From: a virus
Taxonomy: Duplodnaviria; Caudoviricetes
Length of the DNA: 64,000 nucleotides
Reading direction: 5' to 3' (one strand)
IMG/VR virus record: IMGVR_UViG_3300031951_000008
Part shown: one piece after another, positions 29,729-39,489 of the stretch
How the letters are laid out: each line of letters starts with the position of its first letter
Numbering within the stretch: position 1 is the stretch's first letter
Program-made: the position numbers and the translations under genes
The notes under the pieces: model-generated
Told to the model about the DNA's origin: nothing
What the model saw: the letters and a program-made list of their open reading frames with translations, nothing else
Databases searched by the model: none

Positions 29729-30107
29729 GCAAAGTATCGCCTTCACAATACTGCAGCAAATAAGGGAAACTATATTGCAGGAGTCTAAATATTTTGTTGA
29801 GTTTATTGGTAAAGAACTCACGCCAGCATACAATGGGGTCCTGTCTTTATCTGTCAGCAATCCGACCACTGGCGTATACTTGGTGGCTGCTATTAAGAAA
29901 GACCGTATCATACTAGTAGCAATACCATCCGTACCTTACCTTAATAACCTACACAAAGCCACACTTAATCCAGGTCTATATGATCTTAATCCGGTTCTTA
30001 CAAAAACCATACGGGACATAGACAACAAAAGGCAAATAATTAGTTTACATGACCAGGATTTCATCAATATAACCGTGCGAACAATAATACAGATGTGCGA
30101 GCAGTAA
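29715..30107 (+). CDS. 'IxLxDP' family member 8
   Basis: TILQQIRETI ... ISLHDQDFINIT. Confidence 0.7.
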   Translation: MIDPEQSIAFTILQQIRETILQESKYFVEFIGKELTPAYNGVLSLSVSNPTTGVYLVAAIKKDRIILVAIPSVPYLNNLHKATLNPGLYDLNPVLTKTIRDIDNKRQIISLHDQDFINITVRTIIQMCEQ

Positions 30108-30449
30108 ATGATAGACTTAATGCAAGCCATATATGACTACCTTAAATCACGGCTTGAATCAGAATCGGTATCCATAGATATATTATGGAGATTACAAGTT
30201 ACGCCAGGCAAATTGCAAAACCAGATCGAAGTAGGAAATGAATGCTATATACAAGTTCTTAAGGAGGTCAATCTTAACATTTATATAAGGGAACAGATAT
30301 TAGAAATAACGCAGTATAATGCTTTCCATTCTTATCCCACCATGCTGATTTGTATACACGATCCACAATTATTAAGCAAGTTAGAGCAGGCTGTGATGGC
30401 ACCTGTTGATATAGGTAGATATCCTCACGAAACAATAATCAAGTGGTAG
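30108..30449 (+). CDS. 'IxLxDP' family member 9
   Basis: MIDLMQAIYDYL ... ICIHDPQLLSKL. Confidence 0.75.
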   Translation: MIDLMQAIYDYLKSRLESESVSIDILWRLQVTPGKLQNQIEVGNECYIQVLKEVNLNIYIREQILEITQYNAFHSYPTMLICIHDPQLLSKLEQAVMAPVDIGRYPHETIIKW

Positions 30450-30455
30450 AGCACC

Positions 30456-30779
30456 TTGGAGACCATGCTAAATTCACCTGACATTATCCTAGCTATCAAA
30501 GACCTCATTGAACCGATGGTCGTAGCAGAGGGGTATAAAGCAAGCATTGTAAATGATTCACTGTGGTCCGGAACAGATCTTGCACAAGCATATATTAGCA
30601 TAGATCCAGCCACGGATAGACTTGAAGATGGTTTATCAATAAGCTTTGATCATGACAAGTTAATTGTTAGGAGGTATCACTTACAAGCTCGTGGTACAAC
30701 TAACATCCATATCAGTTTACACGAACAGGATTTGTTGCCTAAATTAGTAAAAGCGATAACTACGCTCATAACTTACTGA
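30456..30779 (+). CDS. 'IxLxDP' family member 10
   Basis: SPDIILAIKDLI ... ISLHEQDLLPKL. Confidence 0.75.
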   Translation: METMLNSPDIILAIKDLIEPMVVAEGYKASIVNDSLWSGTDLAQAYISIDPATDRLEDGLSISFDHDKLIVRRYHLQARGTTNIHISLHEQDLLPKLVKAITTLITY

Positions 30780-30841
30780 CACCGAACGCCGCTATACTAG
30801 CCCTACCCTTTTCATAGATCTATAGCTCAAAGACAGCGACA

Positions 30842-31195
30842 ATGCAAAAATCACCTGATATTATTCTAGCTATCAAAGGCCTCATTGAACCGATAGTCGC
30901 AGCAGGTGGGTATAAAGCAAGCATCCATAAGGACAATACCAGAACCTATATATACATAGATCAAATCATAACTGAAGATTACATACCCAGATATAGTTTA
31001 TCAATAAATATAGATAGCGATAGGTTAGTTATAATGAGATATGACTTACAAACTCAATCTGTAGATTTTGTAGTAGCTTACTCGGTAACAACTTGTTATA
31101 TCAGTCTACACGACCCGGATTTATTACCAGAATTAGTAAAAGCGATAACTACACTCATCAAAAACCATGATTATATACCACGATGTAGTATTTGA
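30842..31195 (+). CDS. 'IxLxDP' family member 11 (recent duplicate of member 10)
   Basis: SPDIILAIKGLI ... ISLHDPDLLPEL. Confidence 0.75.
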   Translation: MQKSPDIILAIKGLIEPIVAAGGYKASIHKDNTRTYIYIDQIITEDYIPRYSLSINIDSDRLVIMRYDLQTQSVDFVVAYSVTTCYISLHDPDLLPELVKAITTLIKNHDYIPRCSI

Positions 31196-31204
31196 CTATT
31201 ACCC

Positions 31205-31609
31205 ATGGACTGCCTTATCCAAGCTATCTCACAACACCTACAACAACGATTTCATCGCGAAATAGCCGCTGAAGTCATAGTTATAGAACAGCCACAACTA
31301 ACAATTAAGCCATCTCAATACGGACCAGTACATGAATTTGTTGTCAAAAGCCAATTAGATAACGGTACGGTAATTCATCACATTGCAGACAACGGAAGCA
31401 AGCTCGATGTAACATCTTCCGCATATGTCCCCACGTGGGACGATCCCTATCGATATTTAGGCGAAGCCATAATAGATACAGTAGATCCAGATAGCTTAAA
31501 GCTGTTAGATGATTTAATAGCCAAATGGCTACCAAATAACGACCAGCAGGCTGGTAGCTACTTCATCTTCGACAAAGCACTCGTATGTGTTAGAGGTCAG
31601 ATACTTTAA
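31205..31609 (+). CDS. 'IxLxDP' family member 12
   Basis: MDCLIQAISQHL ... IDTVDPDSLKLL. Confidence 0.75.
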   Translation: MDCLIQAISQHLQQRFHREIAAEVIVIEQPQLTIKPSQYGPVHEFVVKSQLDNGTVIHHIADNGSKLDVTSSAYVPTWDDPYRYLGEAIIDTVDPDSLKLLDDLIAKWLPNNDQQAGSYFIFDKALVCVRGQIL

Positions 31610-31644
31610 TCGCCAAATGGTTACATATGTGGAGGATTAGTGTT

Positions 31645-31968
31645 GTGCAAGACTTGATCCAAGCGATATACGGACACTTAAAAAACGAGTTATTCTCCAG
31701 GCCAGGAATGCCTACTTTGGTCGGCGTTATAACCGACAATAAGATAAGGCTTAAAGTCAGTAGCGAAAAATACGAGATCCAAATATCTATCCTTGGTGTA
31801 CCACGCACGGCATTTCACGTGGTCAAGTATCGTAATTATACGCCTGTAATTACGCAGAGCCATATTATTAGTTTACATGACCCAAACTTCCTAAGCGAAA
31901 TAGAGCAAGCTGTAATTGATTTAGCAACCTTCCCAAGAATAACACCTAAACTGGCAAAGAATGAATAA
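31645..31968 (+). CDS. 'IxLxDP' family member 13 (GTG start after GGAGG)
   Basis: VQDLIQAIYGHL ... ISLHDPNFLSEI. Confidence 0.75.
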   Translation: MQDLIQAIYGHLKNELFSRPGMPTLVGVITDNKIRLKVSSEKYEIQISILGVPRTAFHVVKYRNYTPVITQSHIISLHDPNFLSEIEQAVIDLATFPRITPKLAKNE

Positions 31969-32341
31969 TACTACTGTAGTTCTTCTACAAATAGCCGATC
32001 TTATCAGCAATAGGTTGCCGGACTGCAGTGTAGACACTAACCATGTTAATCCTAATTCACACATAAGACAACTTATTTATATCAAGTATCAGGGCAATTA
32101 TATAGCTACACTAATAATTGACGGCGATACTATAAAGCTCTTGCAATATATTGATAGTAATTATTGGGTACGCAAGACACAACAACGTAATAAAGAACTA
32201 CAAGGAGTAAAAGACTACATAGCAAGTGTCAGTCTACACGACCACAATTTTGAGAGCAAAATAATAGATGGAATCAAACTCATACAAAGCTATAATCTCG
32301 TGTATATACGCCGAGTACTACGGCCCAGAAAACGTCGATAA
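31961..32341 (+). CDS. 'IxLxDP' family member 14
   Basis: VVLLQIADLI ... VSLHDHNFESKI. Confidence 0.7.
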   Translation: MNNTTVVLLQIADLISNRLPDCSVDTNHVNPNSHIRQLIYIKYQGNYIATLIIDGDTIKLLQYIDSNYWVRKTQQRNKELQGVKDYIASVSLHDHNFESKIIDGIKLIQSYNLVYIRRVLRPRKRR

Positions 32342-32359
32342 TGTGACAAGAGATAAACA

Positions 32360-32680
32360 ATGCAAGACCTAGTCTCAGCTATATTTCAACATCTCAAGCA
32401 AAGGCTGCCGCACATCAACATATCGACCTACAATTGCAGCAAGATAGTTAACGGTATGGCCGTGGAGAGTCTAGGCATAAAGATTAGGTTCACTGAGGAA
32501 TATTTAGACATAAGCCTAGACACAACCATGAGTCAGATAAAAGTTAACCACCATAATAAATTACCAGCCGACGTAGCGTGGACTGTTGAAAATTTGCAGC
32601 CGAAGTCAATGATCCATATCGATCTAAATGACCCTAACTCCTTAGAACTGTTAATCGAATATATCACCAAAAGAGCATAA
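32360..32680 (+). CDS. 'IxLxDP' family member 15
   Basis: MQDLVSAIFQHL ... IDLNDPNSLELL. Confidence 0.75.
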   Translation: MQDLVSAIFQHLKQRLPHINISTYNCSKIVNGMAVESLGIKIRFTEEYLDISLDTTMSQIKVNHHNKLPADVAWTVENLQPKSMIHIDLNDPNSLELLIEYITKRA

Positions 32681-32682
32681 TT

Positions 32683-33192
32683 ATGGATACCTCTACTAAT
32701 TCAGTACCAGATGCTGAAAGCCTTATACTGCGATCCACTGCAGACCATATAAAAGAAAGGCTGAAGGAGAATCCGCATCTTATCTCTTGTGCATATTTTC
32801 ATTATACTGTACCACGGTCAATAGAGATACGATGCGAGATAGTCAAAGAAATACAACATCCAGAAATCCAAGAGGTGGATTCATGGACAGGGACATGCGA
32901 AACTCCAGAGGGATGGAGGCTACCTCCCGTCCGGCAAGCTGCTAGTGAGCCACAAATTATATATCTCCTGCCTAAGGTTGTTATAATACACGTAATTACC
33001 TTACAGTCAGATCGTCTAATAATAGCCTCAAAATGCTTTGTCGGCACCACAAAACGCTCCCTATACGGACGAGGTCGCGAAACCTCATTAGATATACATG
33101 TACCGGACCTTATCGATCAAATAGTCGAAATAGTTAGCGATATGGCCTATCCTAAGTCGCAGGCAGAAACATACTTAGATAATACGCCCTAG
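32683..33192 (+). CDS. 'IxLxDP' family member 16
   Basis: ILRSTADHI ... LDIHVPDLIDQI. Confidence 0.7.
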   Translation: MDTSTNSVPDAESLILRSTADHIKERLKENPHLISCAYFHYTVPRSIEIRCEIVKEIQHPEIQEVDSWTGTCETPEGWRLPPVRQAASEPQIIYLLPKVVIIHVITLQSDRLIIASKCFVGTTKRSLYGRGRETSLDIHVPDLIDQIVEIVSDMAYPKSQAETYLDNTP

Positions 33193-33233
33193 CCGCCGTT
33201 CACACAAAGTAAAGCTGTTGCCACAAATAAATT

Positions 33234-33572
33234 ATGCGAGACTTAACAATAGCAATATATGAACATCTCTGTCGAGCCACCCCCGGAAAAAGACGAGCCT
33301 CTTGTAAGCCACTCCACGATCACATATATTTGAGATTTATCGGCCCCGGAGAACGCGACCAATTAGCACCAGGCAGCTGGGTAATATTCATAGAAACAGA
33401 CACATCATACGAAATAAAAATCAACGCAAAAGCCCAGCTTCAGATCATATCTTACGTGGAAAACCAGGAAAGCTCTGAATGGCCTCCTAATCATATAGAA
33501 GTAACAACCATAGACCTCAACGAACCAAACTGCCTAGAACGACTCACTCGACTAATAAACAAATGCAACTGA
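33234..33572 (+). CDS. 'IxLxDP' family member 17
   Basis: MRDLTIAIYEHL ... IDLNEPNCLERL. Confidence 0.75.
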   Translation: MRDLTIAIYEHLCRATPGKRRASCKPLHDHIYLRFIGPGERDQLAPGSWVIFIETDTSYEIKINAKAQLQIISYVENQESSEWPPNHIEVTTIDLNEPNCLERLTRLINKCN

Positions 33573-33892
33573 TACAAGCCATATACGACCACTTAATGCA
33601 AGCAATTCCAGAACGCAGGTACGGACGTATATCTCAGAACTACAACGATGAATTAACTATAGAAATACAAACCCACAAAATGTTTGAAATCACAATCGCA
33701 GAAGATCTGAACAGTCTCAAGATAAAATCATACTATTACATATATCGAGATTCTGTCGAGCCAGGCAATGATGTACCTCTTTATTCAGGCTTAGACTACA
33801 ACTGGATCGATATCCATGCAACTAACCTATTAGATCTACTAATACATATAATAAAGACAAAGTCCCAAGCCGATGAATTCGCAATACTATGA
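33563..33892 (+). CDS. 'IxLxDP' family member 18
   Basis: MQLIQAIYDHL ... IDIHATNLLDLL. Confidence 0.75.
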   Translation: MQLIQAIYDHLMQAIPERRYGRISQNYNDELTIEIQTHKMFEITIAEDLNSLKIKSYYYIYRDSVEPGNDVPLYSGLDYNWIDIHATNLLDLLIHIIKTKSQADEFAIL

Positions 33893-34683
33893 GGAATTCG
33901 ATGAGCCAGACAAACACAGAAATGCTTTTGTCTCTTCGTGACCACCTGAGACAAAAGCTACAAGGTTATGAACAAATGATGGTAGAGTTATACGTGTATC
34001 CACACCAATCTCATATATTGGTAGTGTATGTTATACGCGTACCCGAACCACTGACAAGAGCCCACACCATCCAACTACAGCCAGACACAGACATAGTTAA
34101 TATCGAAACTATTGATTATGAAGCTTACGGCAAAAACGGCAACAAGATAGACAGCCACAACATCAGTATCTGTCGACCGGACTTCTTGGAACAAATCGAA
34201 CGAGTAGCCACAAACATGCAAGGCCAAGCCACACCAACATTACTCGCCATATCAAAGCACTTAGAAGAACTATTGCGAGATCGTCTGTCACCAGCACACC
34301 ATCGAGAGTTATACCAAAAAATCTATAAAATAGACATTTATACATATGCTACGTCACAAGAACGAATTAAAGTTGCTATAGAGGTTTTCGCAACAGCACC
34401 AACTACTATGCCATATCATGCTGGAACCTGCTACCTCCAAATAAAAGACGGGAAGGTAGGCCTAAATATATGCGTAAGCCAAACCGCCCAACGCCAGTTA
34501 ATCGCCGGGACCAGCATGCTTAGAGGCGAACAGTTTTACGACATAGATGAATATGTTATAGACCTGAATCGGCCAAACGCACTAGAGCAAATAACACAAC
34601 ATATAGTAACAAACGTAACAACAGGCATCACCGTCTGGTTAAGTGAATGCGAGTACGTAAAAGCCAAGACCAACCAAGTATGA
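33889..34683 (+). CDS. 'IxLxDP' family member 19, two fused domains
   Basis: LLSLRDHL...ISICRPDFLEQI followed by LLAISKHL...IDLNRPNALEQI. Confidence 0.75.
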   Translation: MRNSMSQTNTEMLLSLRDHLRQKLQGYEQMMVELYVYPHQSHILVVYVIRVPEPLTRAHTIQLQPDTDIVNIETIDYEAYGKNGNKIDSHNISICRPDFLEQIERVATNMQGQATPTLLAISKHLEELLRDRLSPAHHRELYQKIYKIDIYTYATSQERIKVAIEVFATAPTTMPYHAGTCYLQIKDGKVGLNICVSQTAQRQLIAGTSMLRGEQFYDIDEYVIDLNRPNALEQITQHIVTNVTTGITVWLSECEYVKAKTNQV

Positions 34684-35096
34684 TACAACTCATAAAAGCA
34701 TTGCATAACCACCTCCGAAAAACTTATCACGACCAAGTCGTACTATACGAGTATGGCGAAGGACCAAACCAAAAGCAAGGGCTAATAGTCAACATTTATG
34801 AAAAAGACGGCATCAAGGAGGAACTAACACACTGTGTTATCATAGTGGACCCAGACGATTCCAACCAGTTAAGAGTCACTAAAATTAGACAATCCATCGT
34901 ACAAACAGTACGAGATGGTCGACACTTTGACTCGCTCAACCATCTCCTCGACCTGGCAGACAATAAACTTATCCACTTCATGGCCTTTAACTATGTGCCA
35001 CTCGTCGATTACAGCACCAAGAGGTGCTACCAAAATATAGACCTACATGCACCGAACTTCTTAGATATAGTAGACAGCATAATCAAAAGCAAATGA
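34680..35096 (+). CDS. 'IxLxDP' family member 20
   Basis: MIQLIKALHNHL ... IDLHAPNFLDIV; ATGA coupling. Confidence 0.75.
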   Translation: MIQLIKALHNHLRKTYHDQVVLYEYGEGPNQKQGLIVNIYEKDGIKEELTHCVIIVDPDDSNQLRVTKIRQSIVQTVRDGRHFDSLNHLLDLADNKLIHFMAFNYVPLVDYSTKRCYQNIDLHAPNFLDIVDSIIKSK

Positions 35097-35587
35097 AAGA
35101 ACTCGTTCAAGCTATAAAAGAACACCTAGAACAAACATTCCGAGATCCAGATATAAATATTATAGATACTATTCACCACCAACCAAAGACACGGCGATTC
35201 GGACATTACGCGACAATCAGATACACCTTAGAAGGGTTATGGCCCATAAATAATCAGTCTAATGCGACACAGTCACAAAAGCAATATGTCAATACCGTTC
35301 TAAGTTTCGCTCAAAGCGAATTAATTATAGCAGCGTTCAACCACATAATTAGTGGCACGCTTGGAGACTTTTCGATACACCCACGTATCAAATTAGCATA
35401 TCACGAGCCGGGTCTACTAGATAGAATAACCACAATCGCATTAGAACATAAACACTTAATCCAAAACCCAACAATATACAAGCAACTATTGGATTGCTGG
35501 TCATGTAGAGGCCCATATCACCCTCATGCGATAGACCACTTAGAAGAAATAAGCAAGTCAATTTGGTCACACCACCAACACAATTAG
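35093..35587 (+). CDS. 'IxLxDP' family member 21
   Basis: MKELVQAIKEHL ... LAYHEPGLLDRI; ATGA coupling. Confidence 0.75.
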   Translation: MKELVQAIKEHLEQTFRDPDINIIDTIHHQPKTRRFGHYATIRYTLEGLWPINNQSNATQSQKQYVNTVLSFAQSELIIAAFNHIISGTLGDFSIHPRIKLAYHEPGLLDRITTIALEHKHLIQNPTIYKQLLDCWSCRGPYHPHAIDHLEEISKSIWSHHQHN

Positions 35588-35710
35588 CTGTCAATTCAAC
35601 AAGGCTCTGTAGCTGCCACACAAACGTATAGACTACCCACGTGCGGGACCACATGTTTAACGGCCTAACAAATGAAGCACAAGACATAATTCAAAACGGG
35701 AACCGAGCAA

Positions 35711-35905
35711 ATGAATCTAGACGAAACAGCCAAAAGAAAAGTAGACGCATTGATCCACATACTAGAGGGCGAAGTCATGCTCCTAAGGGACACTGTTCAC
35801 GAATCAATGCACTGGAACGACGCTAGGGCAGCACAAGTAGCGATATCCAAAATCCAATCAAGTGCAAACAAGATCCTCCTTGCCCTAGGGATAGAGAAGA
35901 CATAA
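35711..35905 (+). CDS. Small helical hypothetical protein
   Basis: ORF in the + strand run; not a family member. Confidence 0.6.
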   Translation: MNLDETAKRKVDALIHILEGEVMLLRDTVHESMHWNDARAAQVAISKIQSSANKILLALGIEKT

Positions 35906-35966
35906 ACGAACATCCACTAAAAACCATGGCCCACACCTAAACATAGGCATAGGATAAATCACGATA

Positions 35967-36170
35967 ATGAAAGACAAACTCATAAAACTGATCGAAAGCA
36001 CTCACGGCCCCATGGAATGGGGAGGATCAATGGGCTGGGGAGACGGCATAATCACCTGCTCAGTTAAAAAAGATGACATGATAATCAAGGGAGTGAGTGG
36101 CGGTGATTGCACATCGCTTGAAGCCCTAATCGATCTAGCTAGCAAATTGAATATTAAACTCGGAACATAA
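35967..36170 (+). CDS. Small hypothetical protein
   Basis: AGGA RBS; 'WGGSMGWGDG'. Confidence 0.6.
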   Translation: MKDKLIKLIESTHGPMEWGGSMGWGDGIITCSVKKDDMIIKGVSGGDCTSLEALIDLASKLNIKLGT

Positions 36171-36203
36171 AGAGCTAACAACATCGTCCCTGGGGATACA
36201 GTT

Positions 36204-36461
36204 ATGATAGCGAATGAGGCTATAGAAATCAACAAAAAGGCTACAGAAGGAAACTACGATTGCAAAGTAGCGATATTCGAGCTAATCGACGAATCGGGCG
36301 TAGACTACGCGTTTTTAAGCGGGTTTGGATATAAAGAGTCTTGGAAAGGCAAGGTCTGCTCAGGGCATCGCAATGATAATGGCACAATCACGTGGCAGCA
36401 GCCATGCGGCTGCGGTACCTACACGGCTGATGAATCTCACTTCAAAGAAATAAAGGCTTAA
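36204..36461 (+). CDS. Small hypothetical protein
   Basis: 'CSGH...PCGCG' possible metal ligands. Confidence 0.55.
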   Translation: MIANEAIEINKKATEGNYDCKVAIFELIDESGVDYAFLSGFGYKESWKGKVCSGHRNDNGTITWQQPCGCGTYTADESHFKEIKA

Positions 36462-36506
36462 GATATATGGCAACGATACTACTAGGACAACGAAGCCAAA
36501 CAACCA

Positions 36507-36977
36507 ATGAACGACCTCACCCAAGCAATCAAGCAACACCTAACCGAAATATTCGAACAAAGCCGGGCACAATATAGAAGCATGTTTGTTTCTGAAGTGC
36601 AATGCAGGCATACCATCTTCTACGATATAGAGCTAATCGACTATGATGACGATACAAGGAAGAATGGCTATCGAAATATCGGTTCAAATTACGCGACCCT
36701 ATCATACCGACTCAGCTGCACAATACCAGGCCTACACATACAAACAAGAATAGACTTCCTGAGGCAAAATGAAATAATATACGAAACCCACTACATCAAA
36801 ATCAAAAACAGCCACAACAAAGAAACAAGCACAAGCTCACCTAAGATCAAAATATCAATACTCCAACCAGACTTCCTAGACAGAATCACCACAATCGCCC
36901 AAGAACACATCAAAATAATAAACAACCCCAAACTAATGGATACTAAAATGAAAAGGGCCAACATGTTTGTCTGGTAG
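36507..36977 (+). CDS. 'IxLxDP' family member 22
   Basis: MNDLTQAIKQHL ... ISILQPDFLDRI. Confidence 0.75.
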   Translation: MNDLTQAIKQHLTEIFEQSRAQYRSMFVSEVQCRHTIFYDIELIDYDDDTRKNGYRNIGSNYATLSYRLSCTIPGLHIQTRIDFLRQNEIIYETHYIKIKNSHNKETSTSSPKIKISILQPDFLDRITTIAQEHIKIINNPKLMDTKMKRANMFVW

Positions 36978-37010
36978 GGATTTTATCAACAGGCACAGAT
37001 TATAAACTAG

Positions 37011-37634
37011 TTGTCAATTCTCCATTATCCTCTCAAGACCATGCTATACATCAAAACAATCAAAATTAGCCAAAACCACAGATGCCTCAAGCAAGGCCTA
37101 GCCATAGAAGCCAAACAACTAACACTCCTCGTCGGAGATCAAGGATCAGGCAAATCAACAATCCTACAAGGCTTGGCCCAACTAGGTCAATCTAAAGAAT
37201 CATTCATAACCATAGAGTTGACACCAGAAGGCGAAAAAGGTGTAAACTCATACTATTTCGATTCCGAAAAGCACAATCCTCGCATTAAAGACCCACATCT
37301 TTACGCCACAGCAGGCGGAAAGAACGAAGGAATCGGCTTCGCATCTGCACTAAAAAGCCGATTCCAGTCTCACGGTGAAGTAATAAAAGAATTCACTGTC
37401 AATCCCATCAAAAAGGCACAAAACTGCATCGTTAATATCGACGAGCCAGAATCAGGCCTCTCAATAAGAAATCAATATAAACTAGTCAGTGCGATCCAAG
37501 CAGCTATACATAACAAAACTCAATTCTTCATAGCCACCCACTGCCTACCACTGATTCAATCTGTAGACCAAGTCTACTCCATGGAACATCTACGATGGAT
37601 GGATGCAAAAGAGTTCATACAAACCCAAATGTAG
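37011..37634 (+). CDS. ABC-type / AAA_21-like ATPase
   Basis: Walker A 'GDQGSGKST'; signature 'QSHGE'; Walker B 'VNIDEPESGLS'; H-loop 'IATH'. Confidence 0.85.
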   Translation: MSILHYPLKTMLYIKTIKISQNHRCLKQGLAIEAKQLTLLVGDQGSGKSTILQGLAQLGQSKESFITIELTPEGEKGVNSYYFDSEKHNPRIKDPHLYATAGGKNEGIGFASALKSRFQSHGEVIKEFTVNPIKKAQNCIVNIDEPESGLSIRNQYKLVSAIQAAIHNKTQFFIATHCLPLIQSVDQVYSMEHLRWMDAKEFIQTQM

Positions 37635-37655
37635 AGACTCATAGCCTACCTAAGC

Positions 37656-37976
37656 ATGAACCAAACCATAAGTGCAATCCTCGACTACCTTAAAACAAAC
37701 CTAGGCAACCCCATAGCAGGCTCAACCGTACAATGGTACCCATCAGGCATACAAATCACCAAACCATCAATTAAATTATATATCGATATAATCATAACCG
37801 CCGACACAAAAGCCAACATAATAATTGAAGGAATTCGCTATAAAGTAGTCACCAGGGATAGTAATAGCGAAGTTGTGCAGCCCATAACAAAACGATTCAT
37901 AATATACGCACACCAGCCAAACCTCCTAGAACAAATACTAACAGCAATCAACCAAATAACACAACTCACCGACTAA
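37656..37976 (+). CDS. 'IxLxDP' family member 23
   Basis: MNQTISAILDYL ... IYAHQPNLLEQI. Confidence 0.75.
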   Translation: MNQTISAILDYLKTNLGNPIAGSTVQWYPSGIQITKPSIKLYIDIIITADTKANIIIEGIRYKVVTRDSNSEVVQPITKRFIIYAHQPNLLEQILTAINQITQLTD

Positions 37977-38004
37977 CCAGGCAGCACAAAGTCTCCGCCC
38001 TATA

Positions 38005-38409
38005 ATGACAATGCTAGAAACACTCGAAGCAATAAAAACCCACCTCAACAACGACCCCACCTTACAAACAAACCAAATATATGTCATCGGTCCCGACAGA
38101 TCAATCGGGTGGGGTAAAACGTGGGGTAAAACAGGAAGATCAGCTAATTCCCACCAAGCCAAAAGACTCCTAGCTTACCACCACTACAAGGCCAAGAGCC
38201 GAACAAGCTACGTAGCACAAATCAGCATCAAACAAGACACAATCCACATAATAAAAAGCACCCTAGACCTATTAGACCCACATCCAAGCATAGAGATCGA
38301 CCTGAACGACCCCAACTTCATCCGACAAATAGTACAAAATCTCTACCAAATCGCCCAAAAATCCCACTCTTTCGAGCTAATTCCACACTCCCCAGGAGAA
38401 TTATCATAA
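38005..38409 (+). CDS. 'IxLxDP' family member 24
   Basis: MLETLEAIKTHL ... IDLNDPNFIRQI. Confidence 0.8.
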   Translation: MTMLETLEAIKTHLNNDPTLQTNQIYVIGPDRSIGWGKTWGKTGRSANSHQAKRLLAYHHYKAKSRTSYVAQISIKQDTIHIIKSTLDLLDPHPSIEIDLNDPNFIRQIVQNLYQIAQKSHSFELIPHSPGELS

Positions 38410-38801
38410 CAAGCAAGCTCGAAACACTCCAAGCAATCCAAGACCACCTAAATCAACACCCAATAATCAAAAAACACAAACTGCCAACCCTCATCAGACC
38501 TATATATACCATATCTAGAAATATAGACTCGTATTACATAGATATATACTACACATACCCGTACCAACAAGCACTATTACGAGATAGCAAAATAACAGTA
38601 TTAAAGATAAAAATCAACGAACAACAAACACAACTAGTGATAGACTATCCCACCCAACCAAGCATCAACTACCTAGACCTACAAAATCCCAACCTCCTCG
38701 TACAACTAAACAACATCGTAGAAAACAAAATAATGCACTTCACCGAACGCATACATCCATTCATCACCATGCACAAACACGCATCCAGCCTAAACAAATA
38801 A
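38406..38801 (+). pseudogene. 'IxLxDP' family member 25; start codon lost (ATG>AAG) or ATA start; missed by the ORF track
   Basis: Open frame (ITS)KLETLQAIQDHL ... YLDLQNPNLLVQL; AAG at 38415 occupies the position of ATG in neighbours (atgctcgaaacactccaagca). Confidence 0.75.
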
Positions 38802-38802
38802 C

Positions 38803-39132
38803 ATGCTCGAAACACTCCAAGCAATAAGAGCCCACCTAAACGCCGAACCCGACCTCATAAAACACCAAATCTATCTAATTGTATCACCGCTGCATGTACC
38901 ATCCACACTCATAGCCTACCACCATATTAAAGACAAAGGACAAATAATAGGTACGTGCTTCATAGCACATATCACCATCAAAGAACACACAATAGGCATA
39001 ACAAATGACCGCCACAACAACAGCATCGACCTTAGCGACCCCAACTTCATCCAGAAAATAGTATACAACATCTGCCAACTAATAGTGCCACCAGCCGACA
39101 GAATCTTCAAAGTCGTCATACAAGACAGATAG
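38803..39132 (+). CDS. 'IxLxDP' family member 26
   Basis: MLETLQAIRAHL ... IDLSDPNFIQKI. Confidence 0.8.
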   Translation: MLETLQAIRAHLNAEPDLIKHQIYLIVSPLHVPSTLIAYHHIKDKGQIIGTCFIAHITIKEHTIGITNDRHNNSIDLSDPNFIQKIVYNICQLIVPPADRIFKVVIQDR

Positions 39133-39133
39133 C

Positions 39134-39416
39134 ATGCACGAAACGCTCCAAGCAATAAAAACCCACCTCAACGCCGACCCCGAACTCACAAAACGCCAAA
39201 TCTATCTAGTCGATTCGTCAACTAAAAACCAAGTCATAGCCTACTATAACATAAACAACAAAAGACAAATAAAAGTAGCAGAACTCACCATCCAAGAACA
39301 ACATCCACCACTACAGTATTAACCTACACGACCCCAACTGCCTAAAACAAATAACACAGCACCTCAGCTACCTAACAGGCATCATCCAGAGTTTCATGAA
39401 AGCCCTTCAAGCATGA
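39134..39416 (+). pseudogene. 'IxLxDP' family member 27, frameshifted
   Basis: MHETLQAIKTHL... stops at 39322; C-motif 'SINLHDPNCLKQI' lies in the +1 frame from about 39300 to TGA 39416. Confidence 0.8.
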
Positions 39417-39481
39417 CTACCGTGGATATAGCCGAAATGGTCGCCGATTGGGCTGCTGTGGCAGGCAAGTTGGCTCCGTAA
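39413..39481 (+). pseudogene. 22-codon remnant resembling DUF5662/HD-like proteins
   Basis: MTTVDIAEMVADWAAV; locally G-richer than its A/C-rich surroundings. Confidence 0.35.
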
Positions 39482-39489
39482 CTAATAAC

